Assembly (NCBI GenBank): GCA_028534125.1
Contig: CM052817.1
Coordinates: forward strand, 103,790,001 to 103,854,000
Direction: 5' to 3'
Length of the DNA stretch: 64,000 nucleotides
Source: Lama glama
Taxonomy: Eukaryota
The notes under the pieces are model-generated. The model had not been told where the DNA came from, searched no databases, and saw only the letters and a program-made list of their open reading frames with translations. The first letter of the stretch is position 1. Every line of letters begins with the position of its first letter. Shown in pieces: positions 26,831 through 39,550 of this stretch. Made by a program: the position numbers and the translations under genes.

Positions 26831-27807
26831 TGTGGGGGAGGAAAAATAATTTTCCCTTTATAGTCTTCTAGGTTCTTGTCTGAGACTCCTCTTTAATAAA
26901 AGGACAGATTAATAGGGGAAAAAAATCCAGAAGTTTAATTACATATATACCTCCAGCATACATGAGAGAGACCCAGGAAACCTGTGGAATGCCCCTAAAT
27001 GACCCAAGCTATCACCTTAAATATTATCTCTAACTAAAGACAAAAGAAAAAGTTGAGGAGTAAGGGGAGAATTAGTTATGGGAGTTACCAGGAAAAGTAC
27101 AGTAAAAAAAGGATAACATTGTTATGAAATTTTAAATAGCTGCCTTCCCCATTGATAAGAATATCTAGAGATTTAGAATCAACTCCCTGGTCCTGGCACA
27201 GAGAGGGAGACAAATGGAGATTTGCCTTATGTATATAAATGTCTCCTTCCTACAAAAGGGTAACTTCTACTCAATTTTCATATGTCTGCTTCTTAAAAAA
27301 AATCAACTTACTTGGGGGTGGCAAATTCTGCTCTTCTTTGCCAGTTAAAGAATGTCACTTGCCACCTGATTCTGCAAGGATTCAGTCATTAGTCACTGTA
27401 GTTGCTGACCAACAGTGCACCGTGGAAAGAATTCAGGGTGGAGATCAGGAACGAGGCACTCTGTCCTCTGGGAAAACTGACAGAACAGACCCTCAGATAG
27501 ATATTTTTAGGAGAAAATTTTATGAACCCAAATTTTTGCATCTTCTCATACTGAGAAAAGCACTAGCATCATTAACTGAGATTATCTGTTCCTCTTGACT
27601 AGCAGTAACCTTCTACCGAGATATATGCTTGACTGTGGGTAATCCTCCACCAAAGTCACATGTAGCTCCCCTTACCTCTTTGGAGCAGTTTTTCGGCACT
27701 ATCTGAAAGTCTGTGTCAGGGCTCCTGTCCTCAGTAAGTCCCTCAATAAAATTGAAACTCACAGTTCTTGTCATTTTTTTTTCCTTTCCCTCAAGTTGAA
27801 ATCTTCA
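26831..27807 (-). mobile_element. MER34-like ERV1 solo LTR, copy 3, interrupted 2 bp from its terminus by another LTR
   Basis: Removing 27339-27805 restores ...ggggtggcaaattctgctcttcttca, the reverse complement of the family start; outer near-TSD ctct/ttct. Confidence 0.85.
27339..27801 (+). mobile_element. MER41-like ERV1 solo LTR (nested)
   Basis: tgccagttaaag start, AATAAA at about 27745, end caagttgaaa (family-type gttgaca), perfect TSD TCTT (27335-38 and 27802-05). Confidence 0.8.
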
Positions 27808-28620
27808 TTCTAAGATGTTTCCTATCCATTCAGCTCTGTCTTTGGCAGCTTTTCTGGTCTACTTCCTCTCGTCCAGGGTCAATCCACCAAAATTCCTCTG
27901 AAGAATGAGGAGTGCTTCCTCCCTTAAAATAATCAGATTCTTAATATTTGATTGGTTAGAGTCGGAGGGTCCTGGTGACAGGCATTACACAAGTGATTTG
28001 GCTCTAATGAATAAACTCCCTTTTTTGGAGATCTTATTGCTTTACAAAATTCAGTAACCAAAGACTGTAATCCTACAGAGCGCTTTTTGCACTGCCAATT
28101 TAAGGAGGCAGGGTGGCTATTTATGGAAGATCTTTAAACAAGAACAGTTTTTATTACTTTGAAATCACTTGCAGATGTTACTGAGTATCTTTGCAATCGC
28201 CACGAGATCAAAACTAAGACGGCACTTGTTACAGCCATCTGTTTAATGCTTTGTTGAGAAACCTCATTCTTCTAGTGTTTTTAGGATTATTTTTGTGAGT
28301 CCAATTCTCAGCTAAGGTCAATGTTTAAAATCATTTCCTCTGCAAGTACCTAAGTACCTGTAGAATGTAAATCTGGCTTCAGTCCTACATGAGATTGTAA
28401 ATTCTAGAAGGGCAAGAATAATCACAGAGAAAAAAATGTGACAATGAGTGTGTATTTGTCCATGAATGACTGAAAAATTGTGCTGAACACTGGAATTTGA
28501 CACAACACTGTAAAATGATTATGAATCAATAAAAAATGTAAAAAAAAAAAGAATAATGAGATATTATCCCCCCATTTTTGTTCATCCCTTGGCACAATGT
28601 CTTGGCATATGGTAGAGTTT

Positions 28621-29120
28621 TGTTGTGGAGGAAAAACTTTCCTCTGCCCTTCTAAGTTCATCCAGCTGGTCTAAGAATTAAATTGACATGAGACAGTTTA
28701 ACAGGAGAAAATCAAATTTTAATTTCATACATAGGGGAGTTTATAGAAATATCAGAGTCAAAGAAATGATTAAAGCAGGTAGCTTTTATACTTTTTAGAC
28801 AAAGGAACAATACATTTATGAAGCATTGACAAGACAAAGAGACTTAGACCTGGGTACTGATTAGTGAGGGAATTACACAGACTTTGCTTAAATAGCCTCT
28901 GGGCCCTGAATTCCCTGTTTCTGGCAATAAGGATGTCTCTCTACTTCCTGGTGCAGGGAGAGTTCCTTTCACATGGGAGATTTATTTAGAGATTTGAGAG
29001 GGACAGAGAGGAGGGTCAGAGTGTCTTTCTCACATCGACTGCTTCTCAAGTAATTTTAACTCAAAAGAATCAACATGCCAACATGTCATTTTGGGGGGGC
29101 AATCTGCCCTGAACCCAACA
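28621..29120 (-). mobile_element. MER34-like ERV1 solo LTR, copy 4, inserted into an L2 3' end
   Basis: tgtt...aaca termini, perfect TSD GTTT; the flanks rejoin to the L2 tail ggcacaatgtcttggcatatggtagagttt|ccatatacattggttgaatgaat. Confidence 0.85.
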
Positions 29121-29540
29121 GTTTCCATATACATTGGTTGAATGAATAAATGAATAAATAAGCAAGATGAAAAAGGTTTGTTACATAATAAAAATGGCCA
29201 AAAGTACCATTAATTCATTTTTAGATGAAGAAAATCAAGGCCTTTAATATCTGTCTAGTTGTCCAGTCTTTCAAAACTTAAAACCACCATTTTAATAATT
29301 ATAAGCATTGTGGTTGCAATTTGACATTAACAATAATCTTGACTAATCATAGTCAAGGAATAATAATCATTATAATCATAATGCCTAATCATGATTTGGC
29401 ATTAAAATGAAAAGTTATGGAGAAAAGCAAAGAAACAGAGCAGAAAGGCCTACTTTGAATTATTTTAGTAATGACTGAGATTTCTTTTTACTACTCACAG
29501 TAGAGTAATAATTATTGGTGAAGAATGGCATAGGAGTACC

Positions 29541-30116
29541 TGTTATTGTTTGGATAAATATAGATGTGTTACCCCAAAAAGGGCAGGAAAAAGACCACAG
29601 TCCTTGTCTTACCCAAAAGATAAGAACTTCAGACAGGAGACAGAAACATTGTGTAGTGATATTTTAAAGGATTTATTAGCAAAGGGAAGGTACACCTCCA
29701 AGAATGGGAGGTGGGCTGATCCAAGGGCAGATAGCAATGGTCTTTGTTTGCCCCTTTCTCTTGCATGCCCACTTAGAAGCAGTCTCTTGATTGATTGATG
29801 GCTCTTTCCCCTGGAGTGCTTAGTCATGCTTGTCCCCTTTTGCACATGTCCTTACCCATGATGCACACAGAAAAACCCATGGGGTGTTTAAACTGTAATG
29901 TTAATTTTATTACAATGAGCATTGGGTCATGTCTGGTTAGGTCCTTGTTGCTATGGTGTAGGTGTGGCTGTCAAGGTCTAACTGGATTCTTGCTGGCACT
30001 AGTTTAGAGGAAGTAAAGCCCCTTTAAACTGCAGGCAGGCATAATGCCATCTTCTGGACCATCTCCCTCTCCTCCACCTGTTTGCCTGGTGCCTTCACTT
30101 ATCTAACTACCTAACA
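29541..30116 (-). mobile_element. ERV1-type solo LTR, family unassigned
   Basis: tgtta...taaca inverted termini and tttatt (minus-strand AATAAA) at about 29672; TSD not clear. Confidence 0.7.
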
Positions 30117-30194
30117 GACAGAATTTTCACAAGACCCTTTTGTTAAAAATCAAAGCACAACCGTCTCCCTCCTCTCCATCCCTCCCTGAGTAAA

Positions 30195-30360
30195 AGGCAG
30201 TTTAACATAGAGGTCCAAGAGAGTGAACTCTGGGGCCAGGCTATCTGGACCCAAACGGCAGCTCTGTACCTCCCAAGTCATTACTTTCTGGGAAGGCTGC
30301 ACAACTCTGATGATCTCAGTCTCTCACTTAGAAAATGGAGATGACAATGTACCTTCTCCC
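30195..30360 (+). mobile_element. MIR
   Basis: gaactctggggccagg...ctcagtctctcacttagaaaatggagatgacaatgtacc. Confidence 0.7.
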
Positions 30361-30557
30361 AGTGTTATTTACTATTTTAGAGCTCCTGAACAGTGCTTTT
30401 TCTTCTCCCCCCTCCTCAACCCCCTTTTCTCTTCTTTTCTTCCTTCCTTCCTTTCTTTTTCTTTCTCAGTGATATTCTCTTAACTGCTTTTTTCTATAAT
30501 AATTTTTAATCTACTTTGTATTAAGTTGAAGCATAGCATATGAAGTGTCTTCAAAGT

Positions 30558-31088
30558 TGAAAGGAAGCAGAAAAATGCCACCCCAAAATATGCCTCTTGG
30601 GCAAAAGGATTATTTTTGACTGATTATTTTTAAGAAATAGCAGATAAAGGAGAAGCTTTTAAAACTGAGTAGAAGTTACCTTTGTGTAGGGCTATTTACA
30701 ATCATAAGGGCAACTTCATTTGTAGGGTGTCTCTGTATAAGGAAGAGGAGGATGACTTCAAATTTCTAGAAACTTATCAATGGAGAAGACAAGGACTTAA
30801 ATCTACATAAAGACCTTACCCTTGACTACGGTGTTTCTCCTGGCCACATCCCATAACTGGTTTACTCCCTTGCAATATCCTTTATTGTTTTTAGTTACAG
30901 ATGGTGTTTAAGGTGGTGACTTGGACCATTTCAGGGAGCTATTAATTTTCCTGGGTCTCCCTCATTTATAAAGAGGTATACATGTTTTTAAATTTCGTTT
31001 TTTCTCCTGTTAATCTGTCTTTTTATTACAGAGGAATCTCAGCCAAGAACTTACAAGGATAGAGAGAAAATAATTTTCCTTCTCCGCA
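30558..31088 (+). mobile_element. MER34-like ERV1 solo LTR, copy 5
   Basis: tgaaaggaagcagaaaaatgccaccccaaaatatgcc closely matches the MER34 start; near-TSD aagt/atgt. Confidence 0.88.
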
Positions 31089-31772
31089 ATGTTTTTTTTT
31101 TGGGAACTACAAAATGAGAATTTATAGCCATCAGAAAGAAGACATGTAAATTTAAATAAGCAGGTAAAAACTTAAAGTCATGCCTAGATGATGTTCAAAT
31201 AAAGATTTAGTTTATTCTCTGTCTTCCATATAGAACTCTTTTCCCCCATGCTGAGTAGGACTATGGTAGCTATCACATTATTTTCTCTATGGCTTTATTT
31301 TGTTTATTTTAGTACTTTTTCACACTTCAATATCTCTGAAATTGGGATGCATTTTACAATCCATAGTCTGGTAGCTGCTGTCAGCCAGGCCCCAGAGAGC
31401 AGCTGTCATTATCTTTGTGTACATGAACTTAGTCAGAGCTATGAACACTGTCCTGCCTGCACTAGGGTTAAACACTTTGCTGACGCTGCACATTTGGTGT
31501 TTGTGATCTTAGATGTATTAATTTATGATTTGGTATTTTTAAAAAGCTATGGAAAAAAGGAAAGAAACAGAACAGTGAGACCCACTTTTGATATTAATTA
31601 AGCAAATATTCATCATTACAGTTATAACCACAATGACATTATTTTCTTGGAAAGCATATCCAAGTCCTTTGTGGAATCTAATAAGAAAGGAGGTTCAGAA
31701 GAAGATGAAGTTGTGGTACGTTTTGTTACTGAATTATTTTCAAAATGATTGCACCTTTCATTGTGATGCAAC

Positions 31773-34251
31773 TGTATTTCTGTGGTGTCAGTTATAACTT
31801 CTCTTTCATTTCTGATTTTGTTTATTTGGGACATCTCTTTTTTTCTTGATGAGTCTGACCAAAGGTTCATCAATTTGTTTATCTTTTTTAAAAATGATCT
31901 CTTAGTTTTATTGATCTTTTCTGTCATTTTTATCTTTATTTCATTTATTTCTTCTGTAATTCTTATTTATTTGCTTTACTAATTTGGGGGTTTGCTTTTC
32001 CCCCCTTATTTCTCTTAGCTTAAATTGTTTATTCAAGATCTTTATTATTTTCTGAGGTAGGCTTTATTGCTATACATTTCCCTCTTAGAACTGCTTTTTC
32101 TGCATCCTGTAAATTTTAAATCATTGTCTTTCCATTTTCATTTGTTTCAAGGTATTTAAAATTTTTTCTTTGATTTATTTATTTGTTTGCAATATATTTG
32201 TTTAGTCTCCATATATATATATATATTTTGCAGGGTTTTTTTTTCCCTGTAGTTGTTTTGCATCTCATGCCATTCTGGTTAGAAAAGATGCTTGATATAA
32301 TTTCAATCTTAAATTTACTTATATTTGTTTTGTGGCCTAGCATGTTACCTACACTGGAAAATGTTCCATGTACACTTGAAAATAATGTGTATTCTGCTAC
32401 TTTCAGAAGAAATGTTCTATATCCATTTGGTATAAAGTGTTATTTAAAGCCAGCGTTTCCTTTTTGATTTTCTGTCTGGATTATTTGTCCATTGATGTAA
32501 GTAGGGTGTTAAAGTCTTGAACAATTATTGTGTTATGTGAAGTTCTCCCTTTCTGTCTATTAGTACTTGCATTATGTATTTAGGTGCTCTTATGTTGGTT
32601 GCATATACATTTACAATTGTTTTATCTTCTTCTTGATCCCTTGATCATTATATATTGCCCTTGTCTCTTGTAACAGTCTTCATTTTAAAGTCTTTTTTTT
32701 TTTGTCTAAGTATTGCTATCGCAGCTTTCTTTTCTTTCCATTTACATTAGATATCTTTTTTTTCTTCCCTCACTTTCAGTCTGCATCTTTAGATAAGTGA
32801 GTTTGTTGTAGGCAGCACATGTCAGCATATGTATGGGTCTTTTAAAAAAATTACTTAGCCACTCTATGTCTTTTGATTGGAGCATTTAATCCATTTACAT
32901 TTAAAGTAATTATTCATATTGATGTAACTACTGCCATTTTATTCATTGTTTTCTAGTTGGTTTTGTAGTTCTTTTTTGTTCCTGCTTTTTCTCTCTTCCT
33001 TTGTGAGTTGATGACTATCTTTAATGTTATGTTTGGATTCCTTTCTCTTTGGCCTTGTATATATTTTACAAGTTTTTACCTTGGACTTTTTATTGTGTAG
33101 ATAGCTTATCTTCATTTGGTTCTTTTTACAAAATTTTGTCATGTTTCTTCTTTTGGAACACATTCCTGTCTCTTAATTTTGCCTAATTATGTGTATTAGG
33201 TAGATTATTTATGTTTACTGATCTTGGAGAAGTGGTCTTCTGAGGTAAACGTTCTATGGAGCCCAACAGCTCACTCCCCTCTGTTCACCAGAGGTTTATG
33301 CTCTGGGGGTGCCCTCTCTATGGCTGTGTAGGCCCTTCTGTTGTGGTGGGGCCAATTACTGTTGAGTGTGCTAGTACATGTGGCTGGTCCTTAGCCTAGC
33401 TGGTTGCAGGCCATGCCTCATGAAGTGGCTGCTGGGCCCAGGGGATCCCAAGGCTGGAACCAGCCTGCTGGTGTGGGCAACTGCATCATGGTCCAGGGTC
33501 ATGGACTGGGTCTGGTGCTGACCCACTGTTGCCTAGGAACAGTACCTCAGGCAGCTGGCTATGGAGCCTGGACGGCCAAGGTCTAGTGCTGATTTGGTGG
33601 TAGGTGGGTAAGCTCCATGCACTAATAGGGTAGAGGGGGGCCTCTAACATGTCACTTTATATCACTGATGTCCTTGTTATAGACAAGCTCCCCAAATGCA
33701 TGCCATAAGTGTTCATATCACCAGGAGCAGTCTCAGTTGCCACTTCTCTCTCCAGATGACTTTCCATGGTTAGCAAGTGGGTCTGACCCAGGCTTCTTTC
33801 AAATTACTACTTCTGCCCTGGGATTTGGACATTGTGAGATTTTGCACAGCATTGTCAAGAATGGAGTCTCTTTTTCCCACGGCCTCCTGACTCTTCCATA
33901 TGCAAGTCCCCCTGTGTCAAAAACCAAGCATTCTGGGGGCTTGTCTTCCTGCAGCAAGGATTCTGATATGGGGCTTGGGCCCCTCAATCCTTGTAAAGAT
34001 CCTCTGAAATCATGATTATCTTCCTGTTTTGGCGTCATCTTTCCTAGCATTTTGTTATATACCATGTCTTTACCTCTCATACTCATCATTTTTGTGATTC
34101 CTTCTCTATATCCTTAATAGTGGAAACTCTTTTCTGCTAGTCTTCAGGTTGTTTACATAGATAGTCATTCTGCATCTAGTTGTAATTTTGGTGTGCCTGT
34201 GTGAAGAGATAAGCTCAGGGTCTTCCTACTCCACCATCTTGGACACATCTC
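31773..34251 (-). mobile_element. L1 5' portion: 5'UTR, ORF1 mostly deleted, ORF2 endonuclease region
   Basis: 5' start ccaagatggtggagtaggaagaccctgag (minus); ORF2 ATG at about 32937 followed by IITLNVNGLNAPIKRHRVA-type codons; ends at NKIRNEREVITDTTEIQ. Confidence 0.92.
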
Positions 34252-34686
34252 TTATGTGCCTCTTTTTCAATCTATTGTTGATGATAACAGACATAATAAC
34301 AAACTTTGACATCATATCTTCTTTTTATTGACCTTTGTCTCCCTAGATACCCAGCAGTATTCAAAATCAAGCTCACCATTGTCACCAAATTAATTTGTAA
34401 ATATTTAAAATGCAATGTTAAATATTTTTTCTTTTATTTTCAATCAATTCTTCTGCAAATAGTAACTCCACTAAGCCAGTATCTGCACTGATTTAGTAAC
34501 ACAAAACAATTGAATTTTTACTAGATTTGACCATAATAATTTTATACATTAGCATTATGAATCAGTTTTATCAAAACTCTGAAAACATTAATAATATATA
34601 TTCACTACTATTCCAGACAGCTTGTAATCCAAAGTGTATTTTTATGGAATGTTCGTTCATAGAGTTCCATATACAAAATAAGTGAG

Positions 34687-35220
34687 GGGAATTGTGAGTA
34701 CAATATTGAGAACAGCTATCCACCAACATACCAGATAATCTAGATGAAATGGCTAAATTCCTAGAAATATAAGAATTATTTCTACTATGATGGAATCATG
34801 AAGAAATGGAAGATTTATACAAACCAAGAAAGAGTAAAGAGATTGAATCAGTAATCAAAAACCCCTAGCAAAGAAAAGCACAGGACTATATGGCTTCAAA
34901 GGTTGAAATCTTCCATATACTTCAAGAAGAATTAATGCCAATCTTATTCAAATGCCTTCAAAAAATTGAGTAAGAAACTCTTCCAAACACATTTATGAGA
35001 CCATTATCACTCTGATGTTATGGCCAAACAAAGATACTGCAAGAAAGCAAAACTACAAACACCCCAATGAACATAGGTGTAGAAATCCTCGATTAAACAC
35101 TAGCAAACAAATTTCAACAGCACATTAAAAGGATTATAAATCAAGACAAAGTTGGGTTTATCCCAGGGAGGAAATACAGGTTCAACCTATGCAAGCCAGA
35201 TAATGTGATATACTACACAC
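34687..35220 (+). mobile_element. L1 ORF2 internal fragment
   Basis: ctagatgaaatggctaaattcctagaa...gagattgaatcagtaatcaaaa...caacagcacattaaaaggattata...gggtttatcccaggg. Confidence 0.9.
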
Positions 35221-35489
35221 AGTCAGATCAACTAAGCAATAAAAATAAATAATGGAGAAATATCTATTTAAGTCCTTAGCCTGTTTTTAAATCCAGTTAT
35301 AGTCTTTGTAAATTGCTTTTTAATGAAACCTAATTTACTGTGTAAAGGATTTTTCCAACTTATTTTGTTTGATCAGATAACTGAAATATACAGGAAAATT
35401 GACTGTTCCCTTGTCGGATGGTTCCTCCCCAACTACTCTCCTTTCTTTAATTGTTCTTAAATCTGAGATTCATCTGAAGTAAAAAGGAG

Positions 35490-35645
35490 AAAGGACTCTG
35501 CTGTCAGAAATTCTCTCTCATCCTGGGCAAGTTGGTGGCTTTTGCAGTCTTACTTGTAATCTGCATAAGGATAACAGTAATAGTGAGCTCACTGGATTGT
35601 TTGGAAGATTAGATTATAGCACATGACAGTGTCTAACGTTGGCTA
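35490..35645 (+). mobile_element. MIR fragment
   Basis: tcctgggcaagt...atctgcataaggataacagtaatag...ggattgtttggaagattaga. Confidence 0.5.
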
Positions 35646-38600
35646 ATTGTACAATATAGTCTTGAAAATGCAACTCCTTTTCCAATCTAATTTGTACTCT
35701 TCCTGCCCAGGTTTCTCATATTCCAGTTGACATTTAGCTAAGTCTTTGCAAAGTTTTTGTCTGCAGCCTACTGCACAATTTCTTTCACATCTTAATCCTT
35801 ATGGTATTTAGGTCCTTCGGAAAATACAGCCCACCACTGCAAGAACCTGTAGCCAGGCTAGACGCAGCCATTCTTCTACAGACAATTTTCCTTTGTAAGA
35901 GAAGCCGAAATCAGAGTTTCCTGAAACATGAGAGTTTTCTGTGGCAAAAACCCTAAGGAATTCTTTATATTCTCCAGTATGTTAAAAACAACAAAGACAG
36001 TATTTTGGAGATAACTTCATTATTTCATGGCATCACCAACCAACTCTTGATTTTTGTGTGAGTAATTCTTTAGTTTGTAGTTTCGTTTTCCTTGTCCTTT
36101 ATTTCCTCTGCCCTTATGTTGTCTGCCTCTTGGCTCTTTTGACAGCTCATTGGTGTCTCCGTCAGAGGCTGGGAAATGAAAGTAAAAGAAGATGAAACTC
36201 AAGCTCAAGCAGTACCTATGCAACGCAAAACGGATCTCCAGGGATAAAAGGAGACCCACTGTGTTGTCTGTGGGGATCTTAACGACTTTACGATGCTCAC
36301 TATTTGATTTCAGGCTGTTATCCACAGGTTGGCTACTTAAACTCAATTTTCTCACAATTCTTAAAATGGTTTATCAGTATTTATTACTACAGTGATATCC
36401 ATCAGGCACCCACACCATCGGGAACGCTGAGTGAGTGTCGTGGTCTTTGACTGGTGGGCAGGTGTCTTCACAGAGCTTCCAGCCTCATCCTGGTCTGTAT
36501 GGTATCCACTCACTCAGTCTCATTCCACATCTGCCTATTAGGGCTTTACATCTCACGACGACTTCAAATTTAGTGGGAACCTGCCACACAGATATCCTGG
36601 GAACCAACGTAGCGAGTGACCTCCCGGACATAGGAAGCATTGACTTCATTCACTTTGGGAGCTGGAATGAAGGTATGATTGGTTTACATTCTTGAATGAT
36701 TACTTCTGCATAAGGTTTGGCCACCAAAACTTTTCCATTTTTTTTCCCTGATAGTTTGTTTTTCTATGAATGATGTAGCCTTGCCAAAAATAAAACCTTG
36801 ACAAAAAACTGACTTATTTTCCAAATCATCAAAATTCAGTTTATTACAATCAGGTACACCATGTATAGTTATCTCAGTGTTATATTTTGTTAACACAGGT
36901 TTGGTTGTGGAACTATGGATGTTGGTGGATTTCAAGTAAGTCGGCTTGAACTTATGAGCATGAGAATTAAGAGTGAGATATAGTCAGCTGAATTGTGTGT
37001 AACTAAGCTATTGTTTAGAAGCAGCAATAAAAAATTCTTGGCCAGAGTGCTCTTGTATTGTTTAATAAAATGAACTTTAATAAAATTTTTGAAACACCTA
37101 TATATGAAGTGTTTCTTATAAAGTCAGTGTCTCCAAGTGAGTCTTTGTTCCCATAGAAACAGGAAAGAAAGAAACCATGAAAACTCTTAGTCAGACAATC
37201 TTTGGATATTTCAATTGCCTGTTGTTGGCTAAGTATTATTCATTCCAATTTTCAAATCTTACTCAGATTCCAAAAAAAGTGCACTTGAAAACTGCAATAT
37301 TAAATATTGGGATCCCCCTGCCCCATTGGCTGAAATTTCCACAATTGTCCTCTAAATGTTGGAAAGACCCTAGTAAGGAAACTGGGAGTAACTGTGGCTG
37401 AAGTCTTTTCTGGCAACATCTTTGTACTATTTGGACTGAAGACATTCATAGCAGGACATGCTAAGAAGGCAAAGAAAACTGATTAGAAAGAAAAGGAAGG
37501 ACAAGAAAATTAATGAGAAATTTGCATGAAGAGCAAGGAAGAATAAAACTGTAGTTCCCCAAATTTAGGGCTATAGGAATATACTCCATGTCCTGCAGTA
37601 TGAGAGACAGGTAAGCCAGTTGCTGAAAGTCTGATCTTCTTTGAATAGCTCTTCTGTATCATCATTTTTTTAATAATTAGGCTGAAAAGAAAATGTGTAA
37701 GGTAAGCTGGCAAAGTGTAAAATTCATGTCACACCCATTACTGGGTCTTAAGAAACTGACTCAAAGATTTGAAAAGGCAAGTCACTGTATGTATAAGGAG
37801 CAATGACCTGGTCTTGAAGACATGGCCCTGGCAGACAATAATCTCATTGTGAAAATTGAGTACAGGAGTGAAATTAATGAGCTGTCTCCTCCAATTGTGT
37901 GAGGTGCAGGGAGAGTCAGAACTCAGAAGAGCGCTCAGTGGGGGGCACAGGCTTCCAAGAGGAACAAGGAAAGGTTGTACTTTTTTCTCATCGAATTGTC
38001 ACGTTCATGTCACAAAGAAAATGGATGAAAACATCAGAAAAAGCACTTTTTTTTATCCCTATCTGGAGCATTTAATTGAGATCTTAGGTTGCTTTTAAAA
38101 ATGAAATATGGGATAATTAACTGTCTTATCAGACAACAGTCAGACTGCAATGATTACTTAGGAGAGTTAGAGAGGGAGTCTGTTCTAAAGTCAACATGAC
38201 CTTTATCATTTATTAGGCTGTTTATCTGCTTGCTAAAAAGTTGTTTTCAGAGACTTTTCTTTTTTAACTACATGAGTAAATATCTTTGTAGTCTTTGCTA
38301 ATTGATTTTTAAAGTCACATTCAGAGTTCCACGCCTTGCATTTGCAAAGGTCAGAAATGTTTTGAACACAAATGGCATTGCGGGGGAAGGGGGGAGGTTC
38401 TATAAATAATATTTCTGATTTTAAAAGGTCACATGAGAAGGAAGAAAGAAATCTATCTTTGTACTTCATATGTCTCAGACATATCATGTGCTTTTGTCAA
38501 TGAGTGCTTTGCTAACATACCTTATAATACGCTCTTCCTAATGCTCACCTTTCCCCCTCCATGATCTGGATTTTACTGTAACCAGGTTAGAAGGGAAGAG

Positions 38601-38659
38601 TGTATACCTCACATGTCTCAGTAATTGGTGCACATCTAATTAGGGGAGTGTTTGGAACC

Positions 38660-38830
38660 AAAAGACTTTTAGAGTTGGGAGGAATATTAAAGACTAGCTT
38701 AAATATCTTCTTTCACCAAAGAAGACATCAAGACCAGGCATGCGACATGACTTGTTCTAGTAAGAGAACTAGTTATGGCAGAGTGGAACCAGAACCCAGG
38801 TACCCTGATTTCCAGTCTGTACTCTTTGTT
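38660..38830 (-). mobile_element. MIR3 fragment
   Basis: tgacttgttctag...ctagttatggcagagtggaaccagaacccaggtaccctgatttccagtc. Confidence 0.6.
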
Positions 38831-38924
38831 GGCACAGTCTCATTGAGCTCCTGGAAATGCTTCCTCGGGAAGGAAGGGCTTCACGAAGCTAATTCTAAAA
38901 AATTAAGTCCTAATTGGCATTTAT

Positions 38925-39182
38925 TTTATTTTATTAATATTTTATTTAAAGTTAATCTTTATTGAAGTATGATATAACTACAGAAAAGTGTCAATGAAAC
39001 ATGTCTAGCTTGATGACTTATCACAAAGAAAACTCATTCATGGAACCCAAATAAAGAAATGGAATATGGTCCACACCCCATAAGCTCCCCTTTGGGTCCT
39101 TTCTCAGTCACTACTATCGCTTCCTCCCCTGAGACAATACCAATCCTGATTTCTGTCACCATAGATTGGCTTTTGCCTGTAT
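38925..39182 (-). mobile_element. Old L1 (L1MD/ME-type) 3' end
   Basis: ctttattgaagtatgatataactacagaaaagtg...ctgatttctgtcaccatagattggcttttgcctgt. Confidence 0.7.
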
Positions 39183-39184
39183 TT

Positions 39185-39550
39185 AAAACAAAAATGAAAA
39201 CCCCAGAAAACTCAAACAGATTGGTGATTGCCAGAGGTGAGGGGTCGGTGATGGATGAGATGGGTGAAGGAGATTAAAGGTACAAACAAATTTCTAGTTA
39301 AAAGATAAATAAGTCCTGGGGATGTAACGTACAGCATGGTGAGTGCAGCTAATAGTACTGTATTGCATATTTGAATGTTACTAATAGTAGATCTTAAAAG
39401 TTTTCATCAAAAGAAAAAAATTATGTAAATATGTGTGGTGACAGATGTTAACTACACATTGTGGTGACCATTTTGCAATATATACAAATATCAAATCATT
39501 ATGTTGTACACTAATGTGATATTATACATGTCAATAATACCTCAACAATG
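39185..39550 (+). mobile_element. L1MA9-like 3' end
   Basis: gattggtgattgccagagg...aataagtcctggggatgtaacgtacagcatggtga...caaatcattatgttgtacac. Confidence 0.85.

Noticed and set aside
31310..31500. Possible Tigger-like DNA transposon fragment (ctctgaaattgggatgcattttacaatc)
   Set aside because: Resemblance too short to assign a family or boundaries.
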